In this document: positions 25,801 to 38,900 of the stretch, one piece after another | Position numbering within the stretch: the first letter of the stretch is position 1 | Layout of the letters: each line of letters opens with the position of its first letter | Origin: Antedon mediterranea | Taxonomy: Eukaryota > Animalia > Echinodermata | Direction of reading: 5' to 3' | Assembly (NCBI RefSeq): GCF_964355755.1 | Contig: NC_092677.1 | Span: 3,494,101-3,558,100, forward strand | DNA length: 64,000 bases | Notes under the pieces: model-generated | Told to the model about the DNA's origin: nothing | What the model saw: only the letters and a program-made list of their open reading frames with translations | Database searches by the model: none | Program-made: the position numbers and the translations under genes

Positions 25801-28800
25801 TGCGTCGCTAGTGGGAACTAATCTTAAGGTTGGTTTCCACTCAAGCGACGCAACATAAGGACTTAAGCGCAACGCACGCAAGTTGACCAATCATAAGCAA
25901 TGGATTATTTGAACTGCCGCTTGTCATTGGTCAACTCGGTTGTGTTGCATCTCGTCCTTGCGTTACGTTCTATAGAGTTGGAACCATGGTTTAGTGGGAA
26001 CCAACTTTTATACGATTATGAAATTCATTTTCTGTACCTTATTTTCGTCTGTATTATAGCCATTGAACTATCCTGAGCATGTTGGAATTTCTCTTGGCAA
26101 AGAAGGCGACCCCACCGTGATTTTTGTACAGATTCATTACGACAACCCAGGCCTTTCCCCAGGTATTTATCATAACTATTTTTTGTTATCGAAACATCAT
26201 TTTAACATCTGTTCCCATATGATCGCCAGATATTGCAAACTTACCTCGTCTGAAATTTTCAATTTTCACCACCCACCCCATTTATCCAGCACATCGTCAT
26301 ATTTTATATTAATAAATATTTAAAGCATTGCTTCGTCTGTTTTTAACCTCCCGCTACGGCCTTGCTGACCATAGGCCTCTCTAACCAACAAGAACCCGGC
26401 AACAACGAACCCCGTTTCTCTACTTTCACACAGATTTCCACGACAACTCTGGCGTGAGGTTTTTCTACACGCCTATGCTTCGTGAGTACGACGCAGCTGT
26501 TTGGGAAATAGGCGAGGCTGTCACAGAGCTGCAAGCTATTCCAGCAAATGAAAATTTATTTAAAACATTTTCGTTTTGTTATGCGGATTGTACAAGAGAG
26601 GTAATATTAAAATCAGGTCCTTATCTTAAGTGCAAAACTGGTAAATATTATATTATTATCTTCAATAAATAAGAATAATTATAGTATTGTATTACCCGCG
26701 CTCCACATTGCATTGTGGGTAGGGGAACGAGTTTGTTCGGAAATTATTAGATATGTGGCCTAATGTATACTCTGATGTTATGCGCAGTTACATTAAAATT
26801 ATGTACAGACAACGAAATCTAGATTATAGGCAGGTACCGGTATCTAGTCTGACCACAATATTAATTAAAAAAAAATCCCTTCTGAATGATCAATTAACGT
26901 TTCAAACTTTTTTTTATTTTACTATATAAGGTATTGAACGAGGACATCAAAATATTCTTCGTGTTTTTACATTCTCATCTGGCAGGTAATAATCAATCAT
27001 GTTCTACTGTTATGATTATGATAAACAAATCAAAGCTTACGTCACGAAATATCTACATCTACATCTTTAAAAAGTGCACAAGAGTATTTTGTTTATAGTC
27101 CTTACCCGTTCTACCAGCAGAGCCATGAAGCGAGCGAGTTAGTGGCGTATTCATTGACTTTTTCTTGTGCACTTAGGTAGGCAAATGAGCCTCCAGCATT
27201 ACCGAAATGGAAGTTTGATTGACGACATGGCAAGGGACGACAACTATGATTTCAACCAACAAGATACTCGTGTTTTGAGGCCAGAAAGAGTGTTTAAGCC
27301 GGTGAGATAAACATCATTCTCCTAGCCCTATAGTTAGTATGTTCCCCTCGGGGCCTGTTTCTGCTGCAACTGATCAAAATACGGTATAAAATACACCGTA
27401 ATTACTATTTTTCAGTACACCGTTTCTACTAAAAATATTTCTTGGGTGGTCGTCTTAAAATTCATCCTTTTTAACTGCCATTCGTGAGCCGGAAGTCTGT
27501 GACATACGTATATTGAGCGTGCGCTCTGTAATTCCACTCTGGAGTAATCCCCGTTCGGAACATTGCTATTTTTTTATGTCGACAAAATTAGTATGTGAAT
27601 TTTGTCGTCTTCTTTTGACAGGGTGACGAGTTCGTGTTGACGTGTGGATATAACACAGTAGGCAGAGACGATATTACATTTGTGAGTAATTTGGTTCTCA
27701 CTTTAATAACGTAAGCCCAACGCAAGTAATTTGACAAATCATGACGCGCGATATATTTATCGCGTCGTGATTGGTAAAAAATCTATGTTACGTAACTATC
27801 GTCATAAACACTCTTGAGAATCTGATTGGTTGCTCTTTTTTTGGATATCACAAGTACTGTACATAGACATACGAATAATACGCATGCGCATAAACTTTTT
27901 TCTTAGGGTAAAATAGGATTTAATGAAGAGGATGGTACAGTATTTTACGAGGACGTTTTGATTACAAATAATTCCACTTCTTAATTTAATCCTGCACCAC
28001 ACCTTTCTAACCATTAGGATTAAAATATACTGCGTCGATTCTAGTTATTTACCTCTACCAGTTACAGGCCTACTTTTAATTTTACTTTTTATTTTATATT
28101 TTTAATTTTAATTTTGTGGCATGGCATTTATTCTTTCCCATATTCCCTATACATGGACATATAAATAATTTGCATGCGCATAAACTCAAAAATCAAATAA
28201 TAAGATTTAAACTAGTATTCATTTTAAGTCTGTTCCATTACGAATGTATCGTCACGAATATTCTGAATTCTGATTGGCCGGCTGCGCGCTTTTTTCCGCA
28301 GACAAAAAGTACTGTAGATGGAAACTTAATATTAATAATATTTATTCGGCAAAAGTTCTTAAAAGTACGTTTTACATTTCATCATGCAAGGAGCAAGTAA
28401 TAGGCATGAGCCTAAACAGAAAACTGCTCTTACTCCATCGAATTTTCAATACGCATGCGCATAAACTTTTCTAGTCTAAAAGGATATAAACTACTATATA
28501 TAATAATAATAATAATAATAATAAGCTTTTATGTTCATTTTTTAGGGTGGATTGGGAACGTATGATGAGATGTGCTTAGCATACGTTTTTTTCTATCCAA
28601 AACAAGCAAATGCTGGATCCTGTCTCTCCACTCCTGACGTAGCTGATGTCTTTACTATATTGAACCTGTAAATATACTGATATCTAAAACTTAAGCATAT
28701 ACCAGTACATGTTAATATATCCTAACCACACCTTCACTAACAGTGTTAGTGAGGAGTTAAATAAATTAATAAAAAATAAATAACTACATGGCACATATGA

Positions 28801-30254
28801 ATTTTAAAAGTAACAACATGATGGATGTTCGTTAGTTTGGTGTGTCCACGAAGGAACCATGCCTAACCGTCTCTTTTGTTTAATCTAATTATCTCGTCAG
28901 CACACAGAGAACATTCACTATCAAATAGCATTGTCAGCACACAGAGAACATTCACTATCAAATAGCATTGTCAGCACACAGAGAACATTCACTATCAAAT
29001 AGCATTGTCAGCACACAGAGAACATTCACTATCAAATAGCATTGTCAGCACACAGAGAACATTCACTATCAAATAGCATTGTCAGCACACAGAGAACATT
29101 CACTATCAAATAGCATTGTCAGCACACAGAGAACATTCACTATCAAATAGCATTGTCAGCACACAGAGAACATTCACTATCAAATAGCATTGTCAGCACA
29201 CAGAGAACATTCACTATCAAATAGCATTGTCAGCACACAGAGAACATTCACTATCAAATAGCATTGTCAGCACACAGAGAACATTCACTATCAAATAGCA
29301 TTACATTAAGTTTTATCTAAACCTTACACTATCAAACAAACCCTGACAAAAAAAAAAAGCGATGTGCCCATATATAGACATGATGATGTCATATTACTAC
29401 CATATTTGGGCATATCACTACTATATTTAGGAACATAACAATTTTTGATAGTGTAGACAGAGCTTTAATTACTAATTACAGTGGATGTGTTCCGGGTGAT
29501 GATGTGTGTGCATACGCCAGTCTAGCACAAATGGACCCAGTCGTTTTAAGAGATGGCTTGTACAACGTGGCGAACACTGCCAACCGCAACAGCTACTGCA
29601 GAGACCCGGATTTCAACCCGATTCCTGTAAGTTTGTTACATTTCTGAAATACCCACTCTTAAGCCATGGTTCACACTAGGACGCAACCCAATGACGTAAG
29701 CGCAACTCTAAAGTAATTTGACCAATCACGACGTGATTAATGATGATAGATCGCGTCGTGATTACTCGAATGTGTTGCACTTAAGCTTGCTTCCCACTAG
29801 GACGCAACGCAAGGACGGAAGCACAACGTAAGTAACTTGACCAATCACAAGCGATGGATTTTCTGATGAACTGTCACTTGCCCCGATTGCATTGCGTCCA
29901 AGTGGGAACATGGCTAAAAAGGGGTTAGTGCTATAATTTATGGTAGCAATCTTCCCCATGAATAGTAGAGGTCGAACAAACGGTAAAACAAGATATTATA
30001 TATGCCTACCTCACTTACTATTGAATGAACAACTAATTAGGCCTACTATCAATATTTAATTTCAGGGTGTGGGACTTTACAAAGATTTTCCTGCTTGGTT
30101 CAGTGTATACGATCGCATCGATGATGCAAATGACGTGTGCAGCAGTGGGACAGGGACGACTATGGCAACAGGGAGTAGTGTTTCAGTCATACCTGCAGGA
30201 TTGATAGTGTTGCTGATGTTCAGTCTTGTAACCAAGCTGATATTACGGCAATAA
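16820..30254 (+). CDS. MOXD1: DBH-like monooxygenase (MOXD1-like) copy 1, 13 exons, apparently intact
   Basis: Exons 16820-17089, 17740-17886, 19541-19714, 20147-20233, 25350-25520, 26060-26162, 26434-26600, 26931-26985, 27177-27301, 27622-27681, 28546-28667, 29482-29626 and 30066-30254. Signal peptide; DOMON domain (GFSPNGGMPGSD, YHG); CuH ligands VHH and IHYDNP; CuM ligands HSH and EMC; YDFNQQ; hydrophobic C-terminal tail. Confidence 0.93.
18237..18758. mobile_element. Kolobok-like MITE with TTAA TSD, nested in an older related element
   Basis: TTAA|AGATGTATTGTC...GACAATACATCT|TTAA. Confidence 0.8.
19800..19965. repeat. 21-bp minisatellite (~8 units) inside a family A MITE
   Basis: (CATATCACTACCATATTTGTG)n. 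Confidence 0.95.
21066..23375 (-). CDS. LINE ORF2 reverse transcriptase portion
   Basis: NYRPISLL, QYGFR, YLDLSKAFD, GVPQGSILGPLLF, YADDT, and C-terminal CYIQNCYIC. Confidence 0.95.
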   Translation of the reverse strand: MIKKFSDHQPYFLCLDILNTYLKKANPVHHVKSYNHSDIIKFVNEIENSDILLKLDHDPATNPNRNYNIMNNLITTAKNKCMPYKIVKFNKHKHKKSNWITSGIIKSIKFRDKLHLKLKRTPITSNEHDTLKINLKTYNNILKCNIRTAKKMYYESCFSKCKDDVRKTWSTINDVLNKTKNCRQFPELFKDDDRSITNQLEIANQFNLYFTNIGPNLANKINTDSCNKSFEHFLSNKTDNFNFENVNEDTVLEIIDKLKSKSSCGWDGLSTKLIKSIKSIIIKPLTIIINQMINTGIFPDKLKIARVIPLFKNGDNSCFTNYRPISLLPAISKIFEKVIYNQLYLHFQINKLFYSSQYGFRSGHSTELAALELVDKVIQDMDNYEIPINIYLDLSKAFDTLDHKIMLHKLNHYGLHSNSLNLMKDYLTNRKQYVDINGTQSDILQITTGVPQGSILGPLLFIIYINDIANVSTIFKTIIYADDTTLLSTLRTCNPINNILNIELDKVSEWLKLNKLSLNVLKSKYMIFHMSKRRVDTLDIEIDNVKIQRVHNFNFLGIIINEHLNWNSHGDYISNKISKTIGILNKLKRFIPANVMNILYNSLVVSHINYGILLWGYVCKRVTILQKKALRIITQSKYNAHSEPLFKKFRFLNVCDIHKLCQLKFYYKYSNNMLPDYFQRFSLELNSALHSYNTRIKDNFHVVRVNHEFAKKCIRYSLPLLINNTVNLITEKVNTHSLKGFSTYLKNNFISEYDVCYIQNCYICNRDGL
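23392..24174 (-). CDS. LINE ORF2 APE endonuclease portion, frameshifted from the RT
   Basis: NIQS, ICIQESWL, GG, NIYRPP, GDTNIN, TLID. The SDH motif lies in the downstream ORF, so a small deletion or frameshift near 23390 splits ORF2. Confidence 0.9.
   Translation of the reverse strand: MMNTLDNSILQNYGGVDGNSLQNILCLDENDLSDNPVQLLKHSPYYDCDSMLNFLELRKNNFCILSTNIQSIHAKFNELVVFLNDLATKQFYFSAICIQESWLSDTADTSQIELYVCISQGKSCSSKGGLIIYLHKDFNYTMKSSVVHSTEWEGQFLEITGNNLVKNILLGNIYRPPKDLNENYNRIIQELVPELTRFDKLNQEIIITGDTNINLLKINEKECFSNFFDTLTSFSYFPYITLPTRFSNRSGTLIDTLIIK
24451..25026 (-). CDS. LINE ORF1 (RRM/CTD-type), probably internally deleted
   Basis: IDRTHRLG...KPRRVIIKF...VFNAKKQFKGTKYFIHENLT..R.ELL...WTLDGKI. 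The coiled-coil region appears to be missing. Confidence 0.8.
   Translation of the reverse strand: MMAGGSKKKPTPKDSGENVADSGGSGNQAESIGPTEKTEIKELIDLELTKCLAPDSTFMKNIAAAVSNSVQEHLIGKLTKIINLLQEKLNVSVGIADIDRTHRLGQSKGSDANKPRRVIIKFSNYNKRREVFNAKKQFKGTKYFIHENLTLKRSELLRVIKTKYAKFIKSTWTLDGKIFILTNGMKKTYHQ
28896..29302. repeat. 37-bp perfect tandem repeat x11
   Basis: (GTCAGCACACAGAGAACATTCACTATCAAATAGCATT)x11 with no spacers. Confidence 0.95.
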
Positions 30255-31319
30255 AATAACAAAATATATCGTTTATAATGGTTTTATATCAGTTTTATAA
30301 TGTTTGGTTCTCACTAGCGCTAGAGACGCAACACAAGGAGTCGACGTAAAGCTTGGTTTCCACCAGGACGCAACCCAAGGACTAAACGCAACGTAAGCGT
30401 GTTGACCAGTGTCAAGTAACAATTCGAATTGTCCATCGCTTGTGATTGGTCAAATCACTTACGTTGCGTTACGTTCTTGCATTGCGTCGATAGTGGGAAC
30501 CAAGAAGGCCGGTGATTTCATCAATCACAAGTGGATTTTTAAACTGTCGCTTGTCGTTAGTCAACTCGCTTTCGTTGCATTTACGTCCTTCCTTTGCGTC
30601 TCTAAAGCTCTGTCTACACTACCAAAAAAGTGTGATACGACATCATCATGTATATATTTGGGCACACCACATTTTTTTTTTGATAGTGTAGACAGAGCTT
30701 GAGTGGGAACCACGCTTTAAGACGAGATGAACGATGACAATTAGTTTTAGTTTTACTGTTATTCTAGGATTTCTGAAACGGGCGACGGATTTGGATGAAG
30801 AACCTATAGGCCCTAGGTTTAGAGGCCTCTGCACATTAGCGTAACAATAATGTTACCAATTTTAAAATGTATGTGTTATTACTACCTTTATTATTGATAA
30901 GATGTCAAGAATAAATATAAAGATTTATAATTTCATGGTGGCAGACAAACATGGAGCGCGAGACTCTAGCGATCCTCTCGAACCCTATTTAATATACATG
31001 TAGTTTGTACTAAATCCTTTTAACACCTTTTTTACACTGGTCAACATCTCTAATGTAATTCCTATCATTAAGTGTAAATGTTCACTTACCATATATAGAC
31101 ATGCGAGTCATAATATAATATATCGCATTTAATCGAAGGTTGATTAAAAAAATAAAAACATTTTTCCTTTTTAAATAAACAGTAGGCCTGTGTATGAAAA
31201 GTAAATCAGCCTATAAAATACTAATAAAAAAAATATATAATAATTAATAATTCGTAAGTATTTACATTATGATGTATATTCCTTTTCCAACCTTAACGAA
31301 TATTTTACGAGCCCTATAA

Positions 31320-31390
31320 AGTGTCGTTTCCGGATTTGAACCCCGACTTCATCTACAAGGTGGGCGCCTTAACTATTAGACCACTAGACA
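31320..31390 (-). mobile_element. tRNA-derived SINE head (also at 47976-48045)
   Basis: The reverse strand has A-box TAGTGGTCTAATAG and B-box GGTTCAAATCC, but no complete cloverleaf. Confidence 0.5.
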
Positions 31391-31720
31391 TTCTAAAAAT
31401 GTCTACTTATTGTTTCTCGCACTTACCACCATCGTTTTTTTTCGATATATGTATGACACGCCAAAATGAATGAATAATTATTCATATTTTGTTCGTCTTA
31501 ATTATAAAAGTTATATAATAACGTTATTAGCTATAGTATTGTATACATACACCGTTTATATTATTTTGTTTCTAAATAAATACAGTTTTGTAAAAAAAAA
31601 GTTTTTTTTTCCATATTTTTGTAAATTAAATAAAACTACTTTACACCGCGGTTAATCTAAAAATACCCCTATGTTGCAGTGGTATGTTCCAAATAATGCC
31701 TGGTAGAATAATTCCAGTTG

Positions 31721-34700
31721 TAGTCCAGTCAATCTAGTGATATTTAGAGGTAAACCCACCACAAATTGCAATAGTAACGAAACATTAATTTTTTCATTCC
31801 AAATGTAGTTTATAATGACATATTAAAAGTCACCAAAAATTGAAGCATTGGAACACATTATTTTTTACGTAATCTCAACAACTATAAAATGATTTTATTC
31901 CATAAATATTTTGGGGTAGGGGGTAACATTTATGCCCATAACTTGTGGTTTTATAATCCAATCTCAATAATCTTGATATCAATGTGTAGAATATATATTT
32001 TTTTCTAATATGCAATTTACAAAAACAAAATACAACATTTATTTATATAACTAGAGGTCAAAAGGTTATTGACCTTTTACAAAAACTCATTTTTTTTCTT
32101 TAAAAAATGATTAACTGTAATATTGTGCCATAATTGTATATGCATTTAATCAAAATTGTGTTTTATCTGTACCTATCGATATATAAAATAGCAAACATGA
32201 TGTTAACTAGAAGAATGTTAAAAGTAATGATGTACTATTCTTATTGAAATTGATTCTTGATCAAATGTAATGTAAACAATTTTGGGGTAGGGGTAGCGTT
32301 TATGCCTATAATCCATTGTTTTATAATCATATGTAAATAGCTTTAGTACCAATGTGTAGATTATATATATCCTACTAATAATAAACATTAAAAAACAATT
32401 AATAACAGTTATACGTAACTAGGGGTCAAAAGGTAATTGACCTTTTACAAAAACTCAAATGTTCTTAAAATAGCGTAAAACTAAATTATGTTTATATATA
32501 TTATATTTATATTTTGGAAGTATTTGGTGCAAATAATGTTTTTCTTGTACCTATTGTATCGTCATGAAATAGGAAAAATGATACTAGCTAGAAGAAAATT
32601 GAAATTCATTAGCGGTATGTACTATTGATGATTAATTAATGAGTCTTGATAATTTGGAATCAACTCATGATTTACTATAGATAGATTTTTGATAATTTTA
32701 GTATCAACGAATGTACGTAATGAGAAGTATTTTATCTTCGCAGGGTTGCGTCTTCTCTCCTCTCTTGTATATTATATACACGGATGACTGTCGGAGCAAA
32801 CAGGACAATCTTTTCAAATTTGCTGACGACACTGTCTTGCTGTCTCTCCTTCAAAATTCACAGGACGGTCATGGTTCCGCATTAGATGGTTTTATCCAAT
32901 TTTGTGGAAAAAAACCAAGGAACTAATTGTAGATTTTAGGAAGGAGAAAGGACGCAGCCCTCTGGTATCCCCCACAAATGACGAACCATTGTCCATTCCT
33001 TTAAATACCTAGGTACTATATTTGAGGACAATGTCAGCTGGGAATTAAATACAGAGGCAATAGTAAAGAAAGGACACCAGAGACTTTATCTGTTAAGGAA
33101 GCTGAACCATTTTAATGTCAATAAAGTAATTCTCATGGTTTTTTATAATTCCTTTATTGAGAATGTTTTAACTTTTTTCCTTTATATGCTGGTTTTTTAG
33201 TCTTAGGGTCAAAGAGAGAAACTCACTACAAAGTTGTTAACTTAAGTTCTAAATTAATAGGTTGTCAACTTCGTAGCTTGTCTTCCTTCTGTGACATGCA
33301 AACTCTAGAAAAAAAGTAGAGCTATTCTAAAAAATGTTAACCATGCCTTGTTCAGTGATTTCGAGCCCATGCCTCATGGGCGTCGCTTTCAATGCCCGGC
33401 ATGTAGAACAAACTGGGAAAAAAAATCGTTTTTGCCAGTTGCCATCCGACTCTTAAATTCTTGAACTTTGACTCTTGTTATATTGTACTGTATATTGTGA
33501 TATTTTTGTATATTTTGTAAGATCATTTTAATCCAGACCTTTTTATTTGAATTGCTCCGTGTGGGATGATATTGTTTAATCCTTCAAATAGAAAAGCACT
33601 CACAACTTATATGTCATCAGTATCACTTTCTTGTTCGGGTATTAGTACAGTGCAATGCCATTGCATTCACCACATGTAGTTCTAGTTACCCCTGAATGCT
33701 TCAAAGAGATACTCAGGCTCTGGCTTTAAGTCTGTGTGTAGAGGAACCATGTTTCCATCATCTGATCTTCCATCCCCAATCCTCGGTACACATATCAACC
33801 CCACTCCATTGCTAAAAGATAACTTGAACTTGAACCTGATGTTAAGTACCTTGGTTGTGGTACGATTATGAAGTTGGCGATATGTGAGGTTGTACTTGTA
33901 GATGGGATGGAGTCAAAGGCATTCCACGTTGTCCAGGTAGTCCATTGTACAGACGCACTAAACCATTTTCTCTAGCAACCACAATGTCATCCTTTGTAGC
34001 TTGTTTGCATTTGAAGACTACAGCATAATGTCAGAAATAAGTGCAATGACAAGCTTTTTTTAGAGCCACTTGTTTTCCAATTCCGAAAACTCTGGATGTT
34101 GTGTCACCAGTATCGCATGAGCAAACAGAAGGTTATCACAGATGTCTCTCAAATGTACTGTTTGAACCAGTTTGATAGTCCAGCATCTCAGCTCCAGTCT
34201 AAAGAATATCACAAGATGTTTTAAATGCTTGACTGCAGAGGAGCACTAGTAGATCCGTGTCATCGGATAATGACAGCTGTTTTCCTGTTTGCTGATTCAA
34301 TGGTTTTTGTACTATCCGAAAGAACATCTGCATCAGCAGCTGCATTCACTCATTGCCATGTTGTTCAAATACTAGTTACGAAGATTTATAAATTGTTGTT
34401 TGTTACAGAAAGTGATCCTATTTTGTGGAACATGTCACTGGTAAAATGTACAGGGACACTACCACCTGACCCGCCTTACCATGTGCGCCGTCTTTGGTGG
34501 ACGAGCCGCTTTCATAATTATCAAAGACTATGCAGAGCAATATTTTTTACAGATCTCTACACTATTCCATATGAATGCTGTGCAGTAGAGCACTACCATC
34601 TAAAATGTAGGCCTACTGGACATCATTCAGTGAGTTGGATGTATTAGACTTTTCAGAAGAAGTTGTTTCCACGTGGCATCATGTTGGTTTATTAGCTGAA

Positions 34701-35780
34701 AGTATTGTAAGTTGGTAGTTTCAAAAAGTGGTGGTGGATAACAGTCACCTCGAGTCTCCTCTGGAACTGTAGGATTGATGCACACATATGACTTTATTGC
34801 CAGGATCTTGAATACATTGGAAGACTTTCTGGCCAAAATATTCAATGCTTAATACCACATTGCTAATATTCCGAGTCACCTGCCGTAACTCCCGTGTCAA
34901 TGGTATGAAGTCTCTGAGTCGTAACCAAATGGATTTTTCAATTGCCATTGTGTTCCTGACGTGTGGCCATAAGGTCTTATGTTGGCCGCTGCTGCTCTGG
35001 AGTAACGCCCTGATACTATTACAAGGCATTACATACATTTCAGCGCAGATTTGGTCTGGATGTACGCATTCCTATATTTTCTTGTCAAACCTCTTGTTTT
35101 CTTTGAGGCTTCTCATAGAAACTTTTTCAATCACCTGCAGGTCTGTTGACAATCCAGCCCAGATGGTCCGAACGTCATACAACATGGAGGTCATTGTCAA
35201 ACTGCTGTTGAATATCTTTGTATTTCTACTGGTTAAAAAATACTTATACATTCCAATATAAATACTGTAACCATGGCAACACAAATGCCAACTGGAAAAA
35301 TTGGAATGTAGATCATCCAGAAGCAACAGGAACGGAGATGTCACTCATCTGCATCTTGAACTGGTCATGTGTATCGCGTTGGACTGAAATGTTCACCCCA
35401 GGGAATCCCTGTGTTTACAGCGAAAACAACATTTTTAGCCAAAATTGACACATTATGTTGTGTTTTTCCGCAAAATTGACATTCTAAATAAAATGTTATG
35501 ACTATAAGTTTGATATCACTGAATAGAAAATTTAATAAGCTTTCGGATGACATAAATCCCACTTGTATATAATGTATTTTAAATGGTTAAATATATGTAA
35601 TTAATGGGGCATATTAATTTTGACTTAAAATGACCTTTATTGACCTCTGACCCCTTGACCCAATGCTTGGATTTTCTGTGACTTTTAGTATGTCGTTCTA
35701 CAAATTATATCGAATTAAAAAATACTAGCTTTGTTACTATTGCAATTTGTGGTGGGTATATCATTAGATTGACTGGACTA
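31721..35780 (-). mobile_element. Academ-type DNA transposon (degenerate), 3-bp TTG TSD
   Basis: TIR TAGTCCAGTCAATCTAGTGATAT...CCCACCACAAATTGCAATAGTAAC with its inverse at 35732-35780. Flanked by TTG/TTG, with the empty site at 48746-48748. Minus-strand remnants of an XPG/PIN nuclease: YILDGSALLHSI, IVFDNYESGSSTKD, ADADVL, DDTDLLVLL, LLFAHAIL..DTTS.VFGIGK. Confidence 0.85.
32710..33575 (+). mobile_element. 5'-truncated LINE RT fragment (Rex1/Babar-like) nested in the Academ element
   Basis: QGCVFSPLLYIIYTDDC, KFADDT, KTKELIVDFR, KYLG, KKGHQRLYLLRKL, with frameshifts. Confidence 0.8.
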
Positions 35781-35996
35781 TTGGTGCGTCGATCGCCCAT
35801 ATGGAAATGTTATTACAGTCGTGTGGTTGGTAAAAGACTGACAACATTAATATTTAACGCTAAATAAAAAGTGTAATTTTGCTTATGTAGCTAGGCCTAT
35901 CCTGAAGAGAGCGATTTACTAATTCTATTAATTAAAGAAGAGTGAAAGAAGGAGTTTCGAAACAGAGTTGAATTAACAACGAATACTTAAGGCAGC

Positions 35997-38900
35997 ATGT
36001 TTGAAAAATCTTTATTGTTTACTTGTTTGTTTATATATATTTATACATATTCTTTATGTGTTGATGCTGAACGTTTTATCAACGAAGTAGTTCTGGACGA
36101 GAAATATGATTTTATTCTGAAATGGAAACTTGATGAACAAAATATAATCTTCGAAATGAGTGCAGTTACGTCAGGGTACGTCGCTATTGGCTTTTCTCCT
36201 AATGGTGGAATGCCAGGATCGGATATCGTTGTCGGATGGGTGAAAAACGGAAAAGCATTCATATCCGTAAGTTGTATTTGTGAATAACCTAACTCTTCTT
36301 GGACGATTTCTAGTCTAGTTGTTTACAGTATGAATGAATTCGCTTTTTGAATATCATTTATTTTCAAATATATAAAAATATTTAAAACTTGTTGTTTGTA
36401 TACATAAATATAAAAAAAGCATAAAAACAATTAAAAAAAACACGATAATGAAAGTATATAGACAAAGGAAAACATCCTATAATAACAAATTGTCATGAGG
36501 CCTACAATAATGAAACACAGTCTATCATTTTCTACTAATCTTATAGATGTATTTTCAACAGAGTAAATTAACATATTTTCCTAAACTATTATATATATCT
36601 AACTATTCGTAATGTATTATATAGGATCGGCATGCAACCGCCTATGCCAAACCAGAGGCGGATACATCTCAGGATTACACTCTTCTGTATGGACGTGAAG
36701 AAGGTGGTCGAACGACAATTGGATTTAGCCGAGCATTGAAGACGTGCGATGACAAGGATAACGTTCTAAATGTAAGAATGCTTAGTATTTAAGCTTGGTT
36801 CCCACTAAGACGCAACGCAATGACGTAACGCAACGTAAGGGATTTGACCAATCACAAGCGATGGACTTATTCGACTGTCGCTTGTCATTGGTCAACACGC
36901 TTGCGTTGTGTTTACGTCCTTGTGTTGCGTCATAATGGGAACCAAGCTTAAGTATGTCAGTGGTATGTGATTATATATCGTGGATCTTTAACATAAGTTG
37001 GCACATAGGTTAATAAAACACGTATTCACACTGAGCCTCTTGCGCATGCGTAAACGAATTATTTACAAATATTCGTATTAATCAAACGCGAGCCTCTCAG
37101 CCGGAAGTTCTAGGTTCGTGAAGAGGATGATACAGTGTTGGTTCATGGGTGTACTTGGAAGTGCTACGAGGACGTTTAGATTAATACAAATAATTCCACT
37201 TCTTAATTTAATCCCGCAACACACCTTTCTAACCATATTAGGATTAAAATATACTGCGTCGATTTAGTTATTTATTTATTTATTTATTCACCTCTACAGA
37301 CAGGCCTACTCTTCATTTTATATTTTGTTTTCATTTTGTGGCATGGCGTGAACACTTGCACTTTTTCTTCACACATTAATAATAAATATTATCATCATTG
37401 ACTTTTTTCATTATTTTTTTGTAATAATTTTCTAATATCTTTTCTTTCATTGTTACAGTAAATTATTTTCAACTTTTGTAAATTAAAAATGTTCATATTT
37501 TTTCACATATTCCCTAATTTTGTGTTATCATATTCTTTTAAATGTGTCTATACTATTTGTACTTCGAAGGCAATGCAAATAATATGTACCTATCTAGTAC
37601 CTATTTAGGCCTCGTGGCTCATAAGGCTGTAGCAGCAACTTCCAGTTGGTTCTATCAATGGCGATTTGTTTTGCTTCGTTCCATGTTTTCCATCCAAGTT
37701 ATTAATTCTCTCTCTTTTTTCAAATGATCTCCGCCATGTTTTTTTGGGCCGTCCGACTCTCAACCTGCCTTCTGGTTTCCATGACATATCTGTCATACAC
37801 TGACATTGTTTTCCATTCTCATCACATGGTCGATCTATTTCCATCTTTTGATCTTGGTCTCTTTGCTTATTATTTTTTTTTTATTTTGTATCATTACAGG
37901 ATGACACTATGAGAATCATCTGGGCTGTGAACAACCTTGATCCGGAGGATTACGATGATCTTGCGTACCATGGCTCGTCCAGAGGAGTACGCTCTGTTTT
38001 ACTTACTGCTGCTATAGAAAATCGAGTCGAATTACCAAATGATGCTGAGTATTTTGAAATGTTCATGCCAAACGTAAAAATAACTTGATTTCGGTTAATA
38101 ATCTTCTGACAAGTACAAAAAAAAAAAAACGAAAATGAGCTAAATTAATTCCTACTTTATTTACATAAATGCATATCAGGCTTGTTGCAATAGCATTACC
38201 GGCCTCCAGATTTTACTCTCCATTTATGCCCGTTTATGCATTACGTCATTCATTAATGATTCACTCATGCATAACGGACTGTAACTAGTGCCATTACATA
38301 TACACAGAAGGGAAAGACGGCTAATAGTGACAAGATTTATTTATCAAAAGAAATCCAAACTTGCAGATTTTACTTTAAGTATTTCTTTATACTGCGTAGC
38401 TTCTTCAGTCAAAGAAAGTTCTCCCCGAGGTCCCAGTTATGAACAGTGGCTGTCATTGAGAGGTATATTTTTGTTTAAACTTCAGGTTTCGGTACCGAAT
38501 GATCATGACACAACCTACTGGTGTGCGTCATTCGCAGTTCCAAGATTTGAAAGGCCAGTTCACATTGTGATTGTAAGTATTGAGGTTTCTGGTAGCAAAG
38601 ACAGACAGACAAGAGGCATTTAGACACAGGACGGTTTTTGATAGCATAAAGAAAACGTTCTGACTGGATAGAACGCTGAATTACATCAGCGTCTTATGCT
38701 AAAATGGTACTTTACCGTTTTCCACTAATATTTCGGTTCTGAAACACCGGCTGCACAGTCATACATTTTTCAAGAGTTTGTTTGTAAGCCAAAACACTGC
38801 AACTCCTACCAGCTGTAAGTCAGATTATTAATATTTGGAGATTTGCCAAAGCATTTTTTTTTTTTACATTCATCAAATATACCGCTAATCCTGTTTGCCA

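Noticed and set aside
28896-29302. CRISPR-like 37-bp repeats
   Set aside because: The units are contiguous with no spacers, there are no cas genes, and the context is a eukaryotic intron.
31320-31390. tRNA genes here and at 42564 and 1815
   Set aside because: A and B boxes are present but I could not fold a full cloverleaf. They are better explained as SINE heads.
34225-35448. Plus-strand ORFs of ~140 aa as genes
   Set aside because: They are antisense shadows of the degenerate Academ coding region.
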